Below, piece after piece: positions 32,332 through 46,900 of a stretch of DNA of 64,000 nt. Location: contig CBDCCK010000002.1 in assembly GCA_965214835.1 (NCBI GenBank), positions 1,440,001 through 1,504,000 of the forward strand, read 5' to 3'. Both the position numbers and the translations under genes were made by a program. This DNA comes from Nitrosopumilaceae archaeon (lineage in GTDB: Archaea > Thermoproteota > Nitrososphaeria > Nitrososphaerales > Nitrosopumilaceae). Under the pieces are notes generated by a model. That model saw only the letters and a program-made list of their open reading frames with translations. It was not told the DNA's origin and did not search any database. Positions within the stretch are counted from its first letter, which is position 1, and each line of letters starts with the position of its first letter.

Positions 32332-32865
32332 TCAGGTCGCAGCGGCTATCCGTCCCAGTATCCTCGGGCTGACCAGCCCGCACACGATGCTGCCGGCCAG
32401 ATCGTACCTTCGGAGCCGGTTTCTGTAACTGCAGCTCATCATCTTGAACGTCTTGATCCTGCGCATGACGTTTTCCACGAACACGCGTATCTTTGAGTGT
32501 ATTCTGTTGTACTCTCTTTGCTCGTCGGTCAGCCTGCCGCCAGGACTCTTCTTGATGGGAAGTATCACCTCGGTTCCTGCATAGACGTGCTGCGCACCCT
32601 GGTATCCGAGGTCCATATAGTGCCGCAGCTTCTCGCCGTCACTGCCGCCGCTCGAGAACGTGGGATGCTTCATCTGGCATATGCTGATGTCGTTGACGCG
32701 CCCCGGCGAGTGCGGGGTCTTGTGAGCTGTGTTGCCGCGTATGCCGATCGTATACTGGGCCTTGGCCGTGTGCGTGCCTGCCTTGCCCGAATAGTGCGAC
32801 TTTTCCATGTCCTTTCGCCCGGGCCTGCTTATCTGCTGCTTGGAGGCGTCAGTCATGGTAACCAT
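32332..32865 (-). pseudogene. IS5-like transposase fragment
   Basis: YSGKAGTHT, MDLGYQG and RVFVENVMRRIK; N-terminus cut at the IS110 boundary. Confidence 0.8.
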
Positions 32866-32948
32866 ATGTGTCTCAAAAACGAAATTCAGATGGTGCCAAT
32901 ATAAACGGCAGTGCAAACAAACAGATTACTGTAAAAAAGAGGAGATGC

Positions 32949-33968
32949 ATGAAAAAGGCGGTGCAGCAGTATGTCGGCCTTGACGTGCACAAGGAGTCCA
33001 TCCAGGTCGCGATGATAGACAAGGACGGCAAGGTGCTGAGCAACACAAAAATCAGCAACAAGGACAGCGAGGCAAGGGGGATATTTGCAAAGATCCCGGA
33101 GAACGCCAGATGCGTCATGGAGTCATCCTCCGTGTGGTACGGGCTGTTCAGGTTCATTGCAGACGATCTCAAAAGAGACGTGATCCTCTCAAACCCGTTT
33201 GAGACCGGGGCAATTGCGACATCAAGGAAAAAGACCGACAAGGTCGACGCGCAGATCCTGGCAGACCTTCTCAGGGGAGGATACATAACCAAGTGCTACG
33301 TTCCGTCCGGCAAGACGGTACAGAACAGGCAGCTGACCAGGCACCGCGCAAAGCTGATACAGTCAAGGACCGTACAAAAAAACCAGATACACGCGATACT
33401 GCTGCAAAACAGGATACGGATAAGGGGGGATCCGTTCTCGGCACCGTGGATCGCAAGGGTGAGAAAGCTGGACAACTTTAGGATAGACGACAGGCTGGGA
33501 GTAATTGACTCTATAAACGACAGGGTAGCACGCACAGACCTGCGCATCAAGGACGCAGTGGCCGACAGTCCTGATGCCGTCCTACTGACATCGGTTCCGG
33601 GGTTTGGCAGGTACACTGCGCTGACCCTTGCATCAGAGATAGACGGCGTTGACAGGTTTGCCGACTCGCACAGGCTGTGCGCGTATGCCGGACTGGTGCC
33701 GTCGGTGAGAAACTCCGCAGACACCGTCCACCATGGCAGGATAACAAAGAGGGGCAGCTCCATGATGAGGTGGCTCCTGGTGGAGTCGGTGCACAGCCAC
33801 GTAAGATACACGCCGCCAGCCTCGCCCATATCCGTCTTTTACAAGAGGATTGCAAAGAAGAGGGGCAGCTCCAAGGATGCGGTGGCTGCCGCATCCAAGC
33901 TGTTGCGCATATCATACTGGATGCTAAAGAAGCAGATGACCTTCGAGCAGTGCATGGGGGATGCGTGA
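32949..33968 (+). CDS. IS110-family recombinase, apparently intact
   Basis: GLDVHKE, MES, KTDKVDA (DEDD) and YAGLVPSVRNSA (catalytic Ser region). Confidence 0.93.
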   Translation: MKKAVQQYVGLDVHKESIQVAMIDKDGKVLSNTKISNKDSEARGIFAKIPENARCVMESSSVWYGLFRFIADDLKRDVILSNPFETGAIATSRKKTDKVDAQILADLLRGGYITKCYVPSGKTVQNRQLTRHRAKLIQSRTVQKNQIHAILLQNRIRIRGDPFSAPWIARVRKLDNFRIDDRLGVIDSINDRVARTDLRIKDAVADSPDAVLLTSVPGFGRYTALTLASEIDGVDRFADSHRLCAYAGLVPSVRNSADTVHHGRITKRGSSMMRWLLVESVHSHVRYTPPASPISVFYKRIAKKRGSSKDAVAAASKLLRISYWMLKKQMTFEQCMGDA

Positions 33969-34138
33969 AATGAATGTCGTCATAATTCAGTCTTCCCGGA
34001 ACTCCCTGCAAAACGGCCTAAACCCGAAACGGTTCAAGCAAGGCTGCCTAGACCCGCATATGGTCGTCTGCACCGCCACGAGCAGGCTACTGGGAAGGCT
34101 GAGAGTCGCCTGGCTTGACTGGGACCCTTATGACGCCG

Positions 34139-34233
34139 GTACGCGGTCACGTCCCCCCCGCTGTCCGGGCATGGAAATCATAATTGTACGTGCCAATTTG
34201 TGCCTGATTGGCGGGGGGCAGGTGACCTCGTAC
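34139..34233 (-). mobile_element. MITE-93 family copy
   Basis: GTACGCGGTCAC...GTGACCTCGTAC; no TSD. Confidence 0.8.
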
Positions 34234-34980
34234 CTTTTCTCCCTGGCCTTTTATGCACCCGGAGCGACTTTTCCTCCGGTCTTTTCCTCACATTTTTTGA
34301 TCGGTAGAGTCTAAAATAACCCAAGTACACCTGATCTTAGGCGGAACTAATTTTCGTATGAAACAGCATATGTTTTGACAACCTGCTTAATATATCATGA
34401 TCACGCTGATCAAATACAGTTCCTATATAACATCAGCATTATGAAAGGCCATCAACCCACACGCAGTGAACTTGAGGCCACAACTGCATCCATTACACGC
34501 AGAATGGGTACTCCGTACACACTTAATAATCACACCCAATTTAACCATGATATCATAATGAATGTTTTACACGCTGTTGTGAGGCATGATGTATGCCTGC
34601 CGATGTCCAGCAGTCCTTGGGGGGGGGGGGTCGATATGCCTGACTTGGCCCTGATGTATGCCGTGACTTTTTCCTGCTCATGTCCAAATAACCATTGGAG
34701 GGGGGGAAGGCCAACCAAGCCCTGCTGTCGGAGCAGGAGGACGACCCCATCCGGGAGGCTGTGATATATTGGCGTCCAGTCATGATCCTGGCGGCACGAG
34801 GGGGGCCGGTACGCGGCGGATCTGCATCCATACGTCCTGCGACAGGCAGTCTGCGCAGGACGGCAAGCCGGGCTACACGGGAGGGAACCGCGCCCCCGAG
34901 TCAGGAGGCGGTGGCCTGCCATAGCTGTCGCACGGCATCATCCGTTCCATCGCGCCCCGGCAGGAACAACTTTCATACAC

Positions 34981-37900
34981 TTGGTGTTTGTTGCGGCCGC
35001 CGTCCTGGGCCTTGCCGCCGCCGGGGCCCTGCAGGAGGGCGCATACGCGCAGCAGAGCGAGATCGAGGTAGTTGCCGTTGGCCAACTGGGCGATGACCCC
35101 TCTAGACTGCTTAACGGTGCCCGCGGCGTGGACGTCTTTACCATAGACGGTAACACCTACGCCGCAGTAACCTCGGAGGTCGAAGGCGGCCTCCAGATCG
35201 TAGACGTCACCAATCCCACGAGTCCCACCCCCATCAGCAGTCTGAGAGATGATGGTGCCACTACGGAACTTGGTGGCGCTTACAACGTGGACGTCTTTAC
35301 CATAGACGGTAACACCTACGCCGCAGTGGCCTCCGGCGGCGACGACGGCCTCCAGATCGTAGACGTCACCACCCCCAGCAATCCGGCCGCCTCCGGCAGC
35401 CTGGGCAATAGCAACACTCTGGAGCTTAACAATCCTCGCGGCGTGGACGTCTTTAAGATAGGCGGTAACACCTACGCCGCAGTGGCCTCCCGCGACGACG
35501 ACGGCCTCCAGATCGTAAACGTCACCAATCCTGCCAGTCTGACGGCTGCCGGAAATCTGGACGATGACAATTCCCTGAGACTTGGTCGTGCCGTCGACGT
35601 AGCCGTATTCGAGATAGGCGGTAACACCTACGCCGTAGTCGCCTCCTCCAGCGGCAACGGCCTCCAGATCGTAAACGTCTCCGATCCTGACAATCCCGAC
35701 CCCACCAGTAATCTGGGAGACAACAACTCACGGTTGCTCCGCGGCGCCAACGCCGTGGACGTCTTTGCCATAGGCGCCAGCACCTACGCGGCAGTCACCT
35801 CTCTCAATGAGAGCGGCCTCCAGATCGTAAACGTCACAAACCCGGCCCAGCCTAGGCCCGTCGGAAACCTAGGGGATACCAAGGACGCCGACGGGCTGCG
35901 GCTTGAAGGCGCCTTTGACGTGGACGTCTTTGCCATAGGCGCCAGCACCTACGCGGCAGTCACCTCCTTCAACGACGACGGCCTCCAGATCGTAAACGTC
36001 ACCGATCCTGCAAATCCCACAGCCGCCGGGAATCTTGGGGACGGGGGATCCAGGGAGCTTGACGGCGCCTCCGGCGTGTCCGTCTTTAAGATAGGCACCA
36101 ACACCTACGCCGCAGTGGCCGCCTTTGAGGACGACGGCCTCCAGCTGGTGAGGCTGGGAGCGGATACAGAGGCTCCCAACAGCCCGCCTGTTGCGCCTGA
36201 CGAGGCGGAAACCACTGTAGAGGACACGCCTGTAACCATAACGCCTGCCATATCGGATCCCGACACATCGGACACACCGGTGATATCGGCAGTAGACGAC
36301 CCGCCAAACGGGACTGCCACACATGATGGTACTGCCATAACATATACACCTGATCAGGACTATGATGGCACGGACACCTTCGGATATACCGTATCTGACG
36401 GAACAGACACGGCGCAGGGCACGGTAACGATAACCATAACGCGCGACAACAACGATCCGGTTCTGGGTACGATAGGCGACCAGAACGCGACGCCAGACAC
36501 ACAGCTGACCATAACGCCCACGGTAACTGATACTGACACGACTGACACGCACACTTATTCTATATCGCGCGGCACGCTGCCGGCAGCTGCTGTATTTTCC
36601 ACCTCTGACGGCACCCTCATCTGGACGCCTGTTCAGGCAGATGCCGGGCAGACCCACGAGGTCACCATAACCGTAAATGACGGCCGCGGCGGCACCGACT
36701 CGGAAACCTTCGATATAGCCGTGGCCGATACCGACCCTAACACGATCGAGATAACCCCAACCGGGAATCTGGGATACGCAGACGGGACGATTCTGCTTTT
36801 CACCGCCTCCGGCGTGGACGTCTTTACGATAAACGGCAACACCTACGCCGCAGTGGCCTCAACCGATGACAGCGGCCTCCAGATTGTGGACGTCACCAAT
36901 CCCGCCAGTCCCGCCGCCTCCGGCAATCTGGAAGATGGTGGCTCTAGACGGCTTTCAGGCGCCGCCGCCGTGGAGACCTTCATGATAGACACCAACACCT
37001 ACGCCGTAGTGGTCTCCAGCCTTGATGACGGCCTCCAGATTGTGGACGTCACCAATCCCGCCAGTCCCGCCGCCGCCGGAGGACTGGGCGACAACAGCAC
37101 CCTGCTGCTTTCAGGCACCCCCGGCGTGGACGTATTTACCATAGGCACCAACACCTACGCCGCAGTGGCCTCAACCGATGAGAACGGCCTCCAGATTGTG
37201 GACGTCACCGATCCCGACCGACCCGCCGCCGCCGGGAGCCTAGAAGATACGACTTCTATACGGCTTTCAGGCGCCCAAGACGTGGAGACCTTCACGATAG
37301 GCACCAACACCTACGCCGCAGTAGCCTCCTTTAAAGAAGGCCTCCAGATTGTGAACGTCACCAATCCTGCCAATCCCGCCGCCGCCGGAGGACTGGGCGA
37401 CAACAGCACCCTGCTGCTTAACGGCGCCTCCGGCGTGGACGTCTTTGAGATAGGCACCAACACCTACGCCGCAGTAGCCTCCCGCACAGACGACGGTCTC
37501 CAGATTGTGAACATCTCCAATCCTGACAATCTCACCGCCGCAGGCAGTCTGGGGAATAACGGATCTAGGGAGCTTAACGGCGCCCGCTACATAGATACCT
37601 TCATGATAGGCGACAACACCTACGTGATTATAGCGGCACGGGATGACAACGGTCTCCAGATTGTGAACGTCACCAATCCTGCCAGTCCCGCCGACGCAGG
37701 AAGACTGGCCGATAACAACGACTTGCTGCTTGACGGCGCCTCCGACGTGGCTGTCTTCACAATTGGCACCAACACCTACGCCGCAGTAGCCGCCTATGAT
37801 GACAACGGCCTCCAGCTGGTGAGGCTGGGTGCTGAGGCAGAGACTCCCAACAGCCCGCCTGTTGCGCCTGACGAGACGGCAACCACTGCAGAGGATACGC

Positions 37901-40900
37901 CCGTTACCATAACGCCTGCAATATCGGATCTGGACACGTCGGACACCCTGGTGATATCGGCAGTATCTAACCCGCCCAACGGGGCCGCCACCCATGACGA
38001 TGATACCATAACCTACACTCCCGATACAGACTATGACGGTACGGACGCCTTTACATACACGGTATCTGACGGAACGGACACGGCGCAGGGCACGATAACT
38101 GTAACTATAACGCGCGACAACAACGACCCCGTCCTCGGTACGATAGGAGACCAGAACGCGACGCCAGACGTCCAGCTGACCATAACGCCCACGGTAACTG
38201 ATGCCGACACAACTGACACGCACAGGTATTCGATATCGCGCGGCACGCTACCGGCAGCTGCCGCATTCAATACCTCGGACGGCAGCCTCGTCTGGACGCC
38301 GGTTCAGGCAGATGCCGGGCAGACCCATACGGTCACCATAACGGTAAGTGACGGCCGCGGGGGCACCGACTCGGAAACCTTCGATATAGTCGTGGCCTCC
38401 TTGGATCTGATCGATGTGACCCCAGTCGGAAATCTCAAAGACGACGGCTCCAGACTGCTTGACACATCCTCAGGCGTGGCCGTCTTTGAAACAACCGATG
38501 ACGGGAACGCCAGGGCATACGCCGCAGTCACCTCCTTTACAGAAGGCCTCCAGATTGTCAACGTCACCAACCCTGCCCAGCCTATGGCCGTCGGAAACCT
38601 GGAAGACACCGAGGGCCAGGACGAGCTGCTGCTTGACGGCGCCTTTGGCGTGGACGTCTTTACGATAGGCAGCAAGGCATACGCCGCAGTCACCTCCGGC
38701 CTAGACGAAGGCATCCAGATCGTGGACATCACCGATCCTACCAGTCCCAACCCAGTCGGGAACCTGAACGATACGGACTCCCTCCTGCTTGGCGGCGCCC
38801 ATGACGTGGACGTCTTTACAATAGGCGGTAGCACCTACGCGGCAGTCATCAACACCTTTGATGATGATAACGGCCTCCAGATTGTCAACGTCACAAACCC
38901 TGCCGACCCGAGGGCTGCCGGAAATCTGGAGGACGATAACGACCTGCTGCTTGCCGACAGTCAACACGTGGACGTCTTTACGATAGGCACCAAGACCTAC
39001 GCGGCAGTGGCCTCCGAGACGGACAACGGCCTCCAGATTGTGGATGTGTCGGATCCGGCCGCCCCGGCGGCTGCCGGAAATCTTGGCGACGACGGATCTA
39101 GGAGGCTTGGCGGCGCCCACGGCGTGGATGTCTTTACGATTGGACATAGAACATACGCGGCGGTGACAAGTGGCGGTGACGACGGCCTCCAGATCGTGGA
39201 CGTCACCGACCCGGCCGCCCCGGCGGCTGCCGGAAATCTAGGGGATGACAACTCCCTGAAGCTTGGAAACGCCTATGGCGTGTCCGTCTTTGAGATGGGC
39301 GGCAGCACCTACGCTGCAGTGGCCTCCTTTGGGGATGACGGCCTCCAGATTGTGAACATCTCCGATCCCGACAATCCGGAAGCGGCCGGGCAGCTGGAGG
39401 ACACCAGCGATCTGCTGCTTGCTACCGCCTTTGACGTGGAAGTCTTTACAATAGGTGCCGCCACCTATGCGGTGGCAACAGCTAGGGACGACCATGGAAT
39501 CCAGATAGTGAGGCTGGATGCGGCAGATGCCACAAACGCCCCGCCGGTGGCACCCGCCGAGACGGCTACCACGCCAGAGGACACGCCCGTGACCGTAACG
39601 CCTGCCATATCAGATCCCAACGTATCGGACACACCGGTAATATCGGCAGTAGTTGATCCGCCAAACGGGACTGCCATCCATGATGATACCACCATAACGT
39701 ACACACCGGATCAAGACTATGAAGGTACGGACACCTTCGGGTATACCGTATCTGACGGAACAGACACGGCGCAGGGCACCATAACGATAACAGTCACGCG
39801 CGACAACAACGACCCCGTACTGGGAACAATAGGCGACCGGACCGTGGTGGCAGGCGTACAGCTGAGCATAACTCCTTCCGTGACCGACGCCGACACGACC
39901 GACACGCACACGTATTCCATAAAGCGCGGCACGCTGCCGGCATTTGCCGCATTTTCCACATCTGACGGCACCCTCGTCTGGAGGACGACCCCATCCGATG
40001 GCGGAGAGACTCACAAGGTCACCATAACGGTAAGTGACGGCCGCGGCGGCACCGACAAGGAAACCTTTGACATAGTGGTGACCCCCGCAGATCCGATCGT
40101 GGTGACCCCAGTCGGGAGTCTGGGAGATAGCAGCACCTTGGAGCTTGACAATGCTCGCAATGTGGATATCTTCACGATAGGCACCAAGACCTATGCCGTA
40201 GTGGTCTCCAACGCAGACGACGGCCTCCAGATCGTGGACGTCACCGATCCCGACAACCCGGCAGCGGCAGGCAAGCTGGAGGACACCGAGCCGGACGGAC
40301 TACTGCTTGACGGCGCCTACAACGTGGACGTCTTTACGACAGGCGGCAAGACCTACGCCGCAATAGCCGCCTCCTATTCAGACCACGGCCTCCAGGTTGT
40401 AGATGTCACCGATCCCGACAACCCGGCAGCGGCAGGCAATCTGGAGGACAACGAGGATGCAGATGAACTGCTGCTCCGCGGCGCCCAAGGTGTGGATGTC
40501 TTTACGATAGGCGCCAAGACCTACGCGGTGGTGGCAGCCAACGCAGACGACGGCCTCCAGATTGTAGATCTCACCAATCCTGCCAGTCCTACTGCCGTAG
40601 GGAAGATGCACAATACGACCGCCCCGCTACTTGACGGCATCTACGACGTGAGCGCCTTCACGATAGACAGCAACACCTACGCCGCAGTGGCCTCATTTAC
40701 TAGAAACGGCCTCCAGATTGTAGATCTCACCAATCCTGCCAATCCGACTGCTGCCGGGAATCTGGTCGATGACGGTTCTAGGGAGCTTGACGGTGCCAGA
40801 GGCGTGGATATATTTACGATAGACAGCAACACCTACGCCGCAGTGGCCTCCATTGACGACGATGGTCTCCAGATCGTGAACGTCACCGATCCCGACAATC

Positions 40901-43900
40901 CGACTGCTGCCGGGAATCTGGTCGATGACGGTTCTAGGGAGCTTGACGGCGCCTCTGACGTGGATATATTTACGATAGACAGCAACACCTACGCCGCAGT
41001 GGCCTCACAGCACGACGATGGTCTCCAGATCGTGAACGTCACCGATCCCGACAATCCGACTGCCGCCGGGAAGCTGGGAGATGGAGGCTCCCGGGAGCTT
41101 AACGGCGCCCACGGCGTGTCAGTCTTTACGATAGGAACCAAGACCTACGCCGCAGTGGCCTCCTACTTAGACGACGGCCTCCAGATAGTGGAGCTGTCAG
41201 TAACAGATGATGTAAGACCCGAGTTCGCATCCGCTACCCTGGACGTGGACTTGGGTGTCATGACGGTCACCTTCAGCGAGACCGTGGACGTCTCGGCTAC
41301 CAGCCTGTCCCTGCTGTACGTCAGTGACACAAACGAGACAAACACCGTCTCGCTGGCCGGCGCCGACTTTGATGATGCTGCGGCCGATTCGGATACCATA
41401 CAAATAGATCTTGCAAGCTCACAACGGGCAGCGATCGATCTGATGACGGCCCCGCAGCTCGACATCGCCGCAGGTGCCGTATCTGACCTGTCTAGAAACC
41501 TGATAGACGCCGCGGCCGACAACACGATCACGACGGCCAGCCCGGACAGCCCGATACCCTCCGGAAGGCTGCCTGACAGTGCAAGTCTGATACTTGAAAA
41601 GTCCCGCAGCGTGGATACCTTTACAATAGGAAGCAATGTCTACGCCGTCGCCGTCTCCAACGCCGAGGACGGATTCCAGATTGTCGACATCAGCAGGCCC
41701 GACAAACCCAGGGGCCTCGGCAATCTGGTAGATTCTAACCTGCCTCAACGGCTGCTTGACGGCGCCCGCGGCGTGGCAACCTTCACTGCAGGCGGCAAGA
41801 CCTACGCGGCAATAGCCTCCCATGCCGACGACGGCATCCAGGTATTCAGCGTCTCGGATCTTGCGCATCCGCAGTCTGCCGGAAGGCTGGAAGATAACGG
41901 CTTCCGCCTGCTTGATGGCGCCACCGGCGTAACCACCTTTACGATAGGCAGCAACACCTACGCGGCAGTCACCTCACAGCACGACGGCGGCCTCCAGCTT
42001 GTAAATGTCACCGATCCCAGCAGTCTGACGGCACCCGGAAGGCTGGAAGACGGCGGCTCCAGACTGCTTGCTGATACCTCCTCTGTGGACACCTTCAAGA
42101 GGGGCGGCTCTACATATGCAGTAGTGGCCTCGTGGGGAGATGACGGCCTTGAGATCATAGACGTCAGCAACCCGTCCAGTCCTGCAGAGACGGGACGGCT
42201 GGCAGACGACAGTGACATGCTACTCAGGGGAATCCGCGCCGTGGATGCCTTCGAGGCGGGAGGCTCTGCATACGTGGCAGTGGCGTCACATGGTGAAAAC
42301 GGCCTCCAGATCGTGGACGTCTCGGATCCTGCCAATCCGTCACCTGCCGGAAAGCTGGCAGACGGCGGCGACCGGCTGCTTGGCGGGGCCAGCGGCGTGG
42401 AGATATTCTGGGTGGGCCAGGCCGTCTACGCCGCAGTGGCCTCCCAGTCTGATGACGGCCTCCAGATCGTGGACGTCTCGGATCAGGATAATCCTGCAGA
42501 GGCCGGATCCCTGAGGGACGGCCCGAGACTATCGCTTGATGCGGCCCGAGATCTGTCCGTGTTCACCCGCGGTGGGGCCCAGTACGCCGTGGTGGCCTCT
42601 GACACGGAGGGCCTCCAGATTGTAAAGCTTGCAGAGAGCACAAGGCCCGCCTTTGCATCGGCAACCCTTGACAGGAACACGGGGGCCATGGCTATCACGT
42701 TTGCCGATGTCATAGATGTCTCTGAGACAGACCTGTCAAAGCTGTACATCAGCGATATAAGCGAGACAAACGCCGTCTCGCTGGGAGGTGCCGGCTTTGA
42801 CGACACGGCAGCCGACTCCGATACGATACGGCTGAGGCTCACAGGCCCGCAGCTGGCAGGAATCGCCCCAATCGTGACTGTACAGCTGGATATCGCAGCA
42901 GACGCCGTATCGGACCTGTCCGGAGGCCATATCAGGGATTCACCGGACAACCCGATTACGACGGCCAGTCCGGACAGCCCGATCTTCTCCGGAATGCTGC
43001 CCGACAATACCCAGCTGCTTCTTGGCGGCGCCTACGGCGTGGATGTCTTTACGATAGACGCCAACACCTACGCGGTAGTGGCCTCCAGCGATGAGAACGG
43101 CCTCCAGATTGTGAATATAACCGATCCCGACAATCCGACAGCGGCCGGACGGCTTGCAGATGCCACCGACCTGCTGCTTGACGGGGCCAACGCCGTGGCC
43201 GCCTTTAGAATAGACTCGAGTACCTACGCCGCCGTGCCCTCCGGCAGCGAGGGCGGCCTCCAGATTGTAGATATAACCGATCCCGACAATCCGACAGCGG
43301 CCGGGAATCTTGAAGACACCGAGCCTGCAAACCCGGGTGAGGACGAGCTGCTGCTTGGTGGAGCCGGCGGAGTGGAGATATTCCAAGTGGGATCTGACGT
43401 CTACGCCGCAGTGACATCCAACACCGAGGGCGGCCTCCAGATTGTAAATGTTACAGATCCCGACAATCCGACAGCGGCCGGACAGCTTGCAGATGCCACC
43501 GACCTGCTGCTTGACGCCCCCCTCGGCGTGGATGTCTTTCTGATAGGCGGCAAGATCTACGCGACTATGACATCGACATCCAACGGCAAGGCCGGCCTCC
43601 AGATAATAGATATAACCGATCCCGACAATCCGACAGCGGCCGGGCAGCTTGCAGATGCCAACAACCTGCTGCTTGAGGGAACCATTGGCGTGGATGTCTT
43701 TATGATAGGCACCAAGACCTATGCCGCAGTGTCCTCCGTTGTTGAACACGGCCTCCAGATAATAGACGTCTCTGATCCCGACAATCCGGCAGCGGCAGGA
43801 CGTCTTGCAGACACCACCGACCTGCTGCTTAGAAACGCCCAAGGCGTGGACGTCTTTACGACAGAAGATGGCACCTACGCGGCCGTCACCTCCGAATTCG

Positions 43901-46900
43901 GCGGCCTCCAGATAATAGACGTCTCTGATCCCGACAATCCGGCAGCGGCAGGACAGATTGCAGATGATACCGACCTGCTGCTTAGAGTCACCTACGACGT
44001 GGCCGTGTTCCTGAACGGCGGGGACACGTATGCAGTGGTGACAACCGACATGGAGGGCCTTCAGATTGTAAAGCTTGCAGAGGTTACAGATGCGACGGAT
44101 GAAACAAGGCCCTCCTTTGAGTCTGCAACCCTCGACGAGGGCACGGGCGCCATGACCATAACCTTTGATGAGACAATAGACATATCGGCTACAAACCTCT
44201 CGCTGCTGTACGTCAGCGATGTAAACCAGGCAGACACGGTACCGCTGACAGGCGCCGCATTTGACTTTGGTTCTGCTGACGTCGAGACGCTTTCACTCAC
44301 GCTTGTAGATTCCCAGATACAACAGGTGATCCCGATGGGAACCCCGCAGCTCGATATTACGGCAGGCGCCGTCTCAGACATACTGGGCAACCAGATAGCA
44401 GACTCGCCGGACAACCCGATCACGTTAACCGCAGACGACACAAGGCCCTCCTTTGAGTCTGCAACCCTCGACGAGGGCACGGGCGCCATGACCATAACCT
44501 TTGATGAGACAATAGACATATCGGCTACAAACCTCTCGCTGCTGTACGTCAGCGATGTAAACCAGGCAGACACGGTACCGCTGACAGGCGCCGCATTTGA
44601 CTTTGGTTCTGCTGACGTCGAGACCCTCTCACTTACGCTCGTCCAGGCCCAGCTGGACGAGATAGTCCCGATGGGAACCCCGCAGCTCGATATTACAGCA
44701 GGCGCCGTCTCAGACATACTGGGCAACCAGATAGCAGACTCGCCGGACAACCCGATCACGTTAACCGCAGACGACACAAGGCCCTCCTTTGAGTCTGCAA
44801 CCCTCGACGAGGGCACGGGCGCCATGACCATAACCTTTGATGAGACAATAGACATATCGGCTACAAACCTCTCGCTGCTGTACGTCAGTGATGTAAACCA
44901 GGCAGATACGGTACCGTTGATAGGCGCCGCATTTGACTTTGGTTCTGCTGACGTCGAGACCCTCTCGCTTACGCTCGTCCAGACCCAGCTGGACGAGATA
45001 GTCCCGATGGGAACCCCGCAGCTCGATATTACAGCAGGCGCCGTCTCAGACATACTGGGCAACCAGATAGCAGACTCGCCGGACAACCCGATCACGTTAA
45101 CCGCAGACGACACAAGGCCCTCCTTTGAGTCTGCAACCCTCGACGAGGGCACGGGCGCCATGACCATAACCTTTGATGAGACAATAGACATATCGGCTAC
45201 AAACCTCTCGCTGCTGTACGTCAGCGATGTAAACCAGGCAGATACGGTACCGTTGATAGGCGCCGCATTTGACTTTGGTTCTGCTGACGTCGAGACCCTC
45301 TCGCTTACGCTCGTCCAGACCCAGCTGGACGAGATAGTCCCGATGGGAACCCCGCAGCTTGACATTTCTGCGGGCGCCGTATCTGATATATTCGGCAACC
45401 AGATAGCAGACTCGCCGGACAACCCGATCACGGTCACAGGCACGACATCCAACAGCCCGCCGCTGGCACCCGCCGAGTCGGTGACCACCCAGGAGGATGT
45501 GCCTATAACCATAACGCCTGCCATATCAGATCCCGACACATCGGACACCCCTATAATATCTGCAGTTGATAACCCGCCAAACGGGACTGCCACACATGAC
45601 GATGCCACCATAACCTACACACCGAACCAGGACTTTGATGGTACGGACACGTTCGGATATACCGTATCTGACGGCACCGACTCTGTACAGGGCACGATAA
45701 CTGTGACCGTCACGCGCGACAACAACAATCCCGTTCTGGGTACCATAGGCGACCGGGCCGCCGAGCCGGACGTCCAACTGACCATAACGCCCACGGTAAC
45801 CGATGCCGACACGACTGATACTCACACGTATTCCATCACGCGCGGCACGCTGCCGGCAGCTGCCGCATTCAATACAACCGACGGCACCCTCGTCTGGACG
45901 CCCGTGCAGGCCGATGCCGGGCAGACCCACACGGTTACAATAATGGTTGATGACGGCCGCGGCGGCACCGACTCGCAAACCTTTGAGATAGTAGTGGCCG
46001 ACGGGGACGCCGTCACACTGACTCCGGTCGGGAGCATAGGCAACGGCCCGCAGCTGCTGCTTGATCTCCCGCGCGGCGTGGACGTCTTTACGATAGGCGG
46101 CAACACCTACGCCGCAGTGGCCTCCTCCGTCGATGACGGCCTCCAGATAATAGACGTCACGGATCCGGCCAGTCCAACCCCGGTCGAAAATCTGAGGGAT
46201 ACGGACTCGCTCCTGCTTGACGGCGCCCGCGCCGTGGATATATTCACGATAGGAGGCCGGACCTACGCCGCAGTGGCCTCCACCGCCGACGACGGCCTCC
46301 AGATAATAGACGTCACGGATCCGGCCAACCCCACACCTGTCGGCAGTCTGGGAGATGCCGTGGATGCGGAGACTGAAGGCGCCGTGGTGGGGCAGCTGCT
46401 ACTTGACGGCGCCCGCGACGTGGATATATTCACGATAGGCGGCCGGACCTACGCCGCAGTGGCCTCCTCCGTCGACAACGGCCTCCAGATAATAGACATT
46501 ACGGATCCGGCCAGTCCGGCAGCGGCCGGACAGCTGGAAGACACCGAGGACTCCGACGAGCTGCTGCTTGACGGCGCCCAGGGCGTGGCAGTCTTTACGA
46601 TAGGAAACAGAACCTACGCCGCAGTGGCCTCCTTTGCCGACGACGGCCTCCAGCTTGTAGACGTTACGGATCCCGCCAGTCCTGTCGCCGCCGGCAGCCT
46701 GGAGGATACGGGCTCCACGGAACTTGACGGGGCCAGCGACGTGGCAGTCTTTACGATAGGAGGCAACACCTACGCCGCAGTGGCCTCCGCCTCCGGCGAC
46801 GACGGCCTCCAGATTGTAGATGTTACGGATCCCGCCAGACCTGTAGCCGCAGGGAGTATTGCTGATGGCGACTCACTACTGCTTCTCACCGCCCGCGACG

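Noticed and set aside
34375-34764. 129-aa ORF, possibly a transposase N-terminal relic
   Set aside because: Resemblance is too weak and no ends or catalytic motifs are present.
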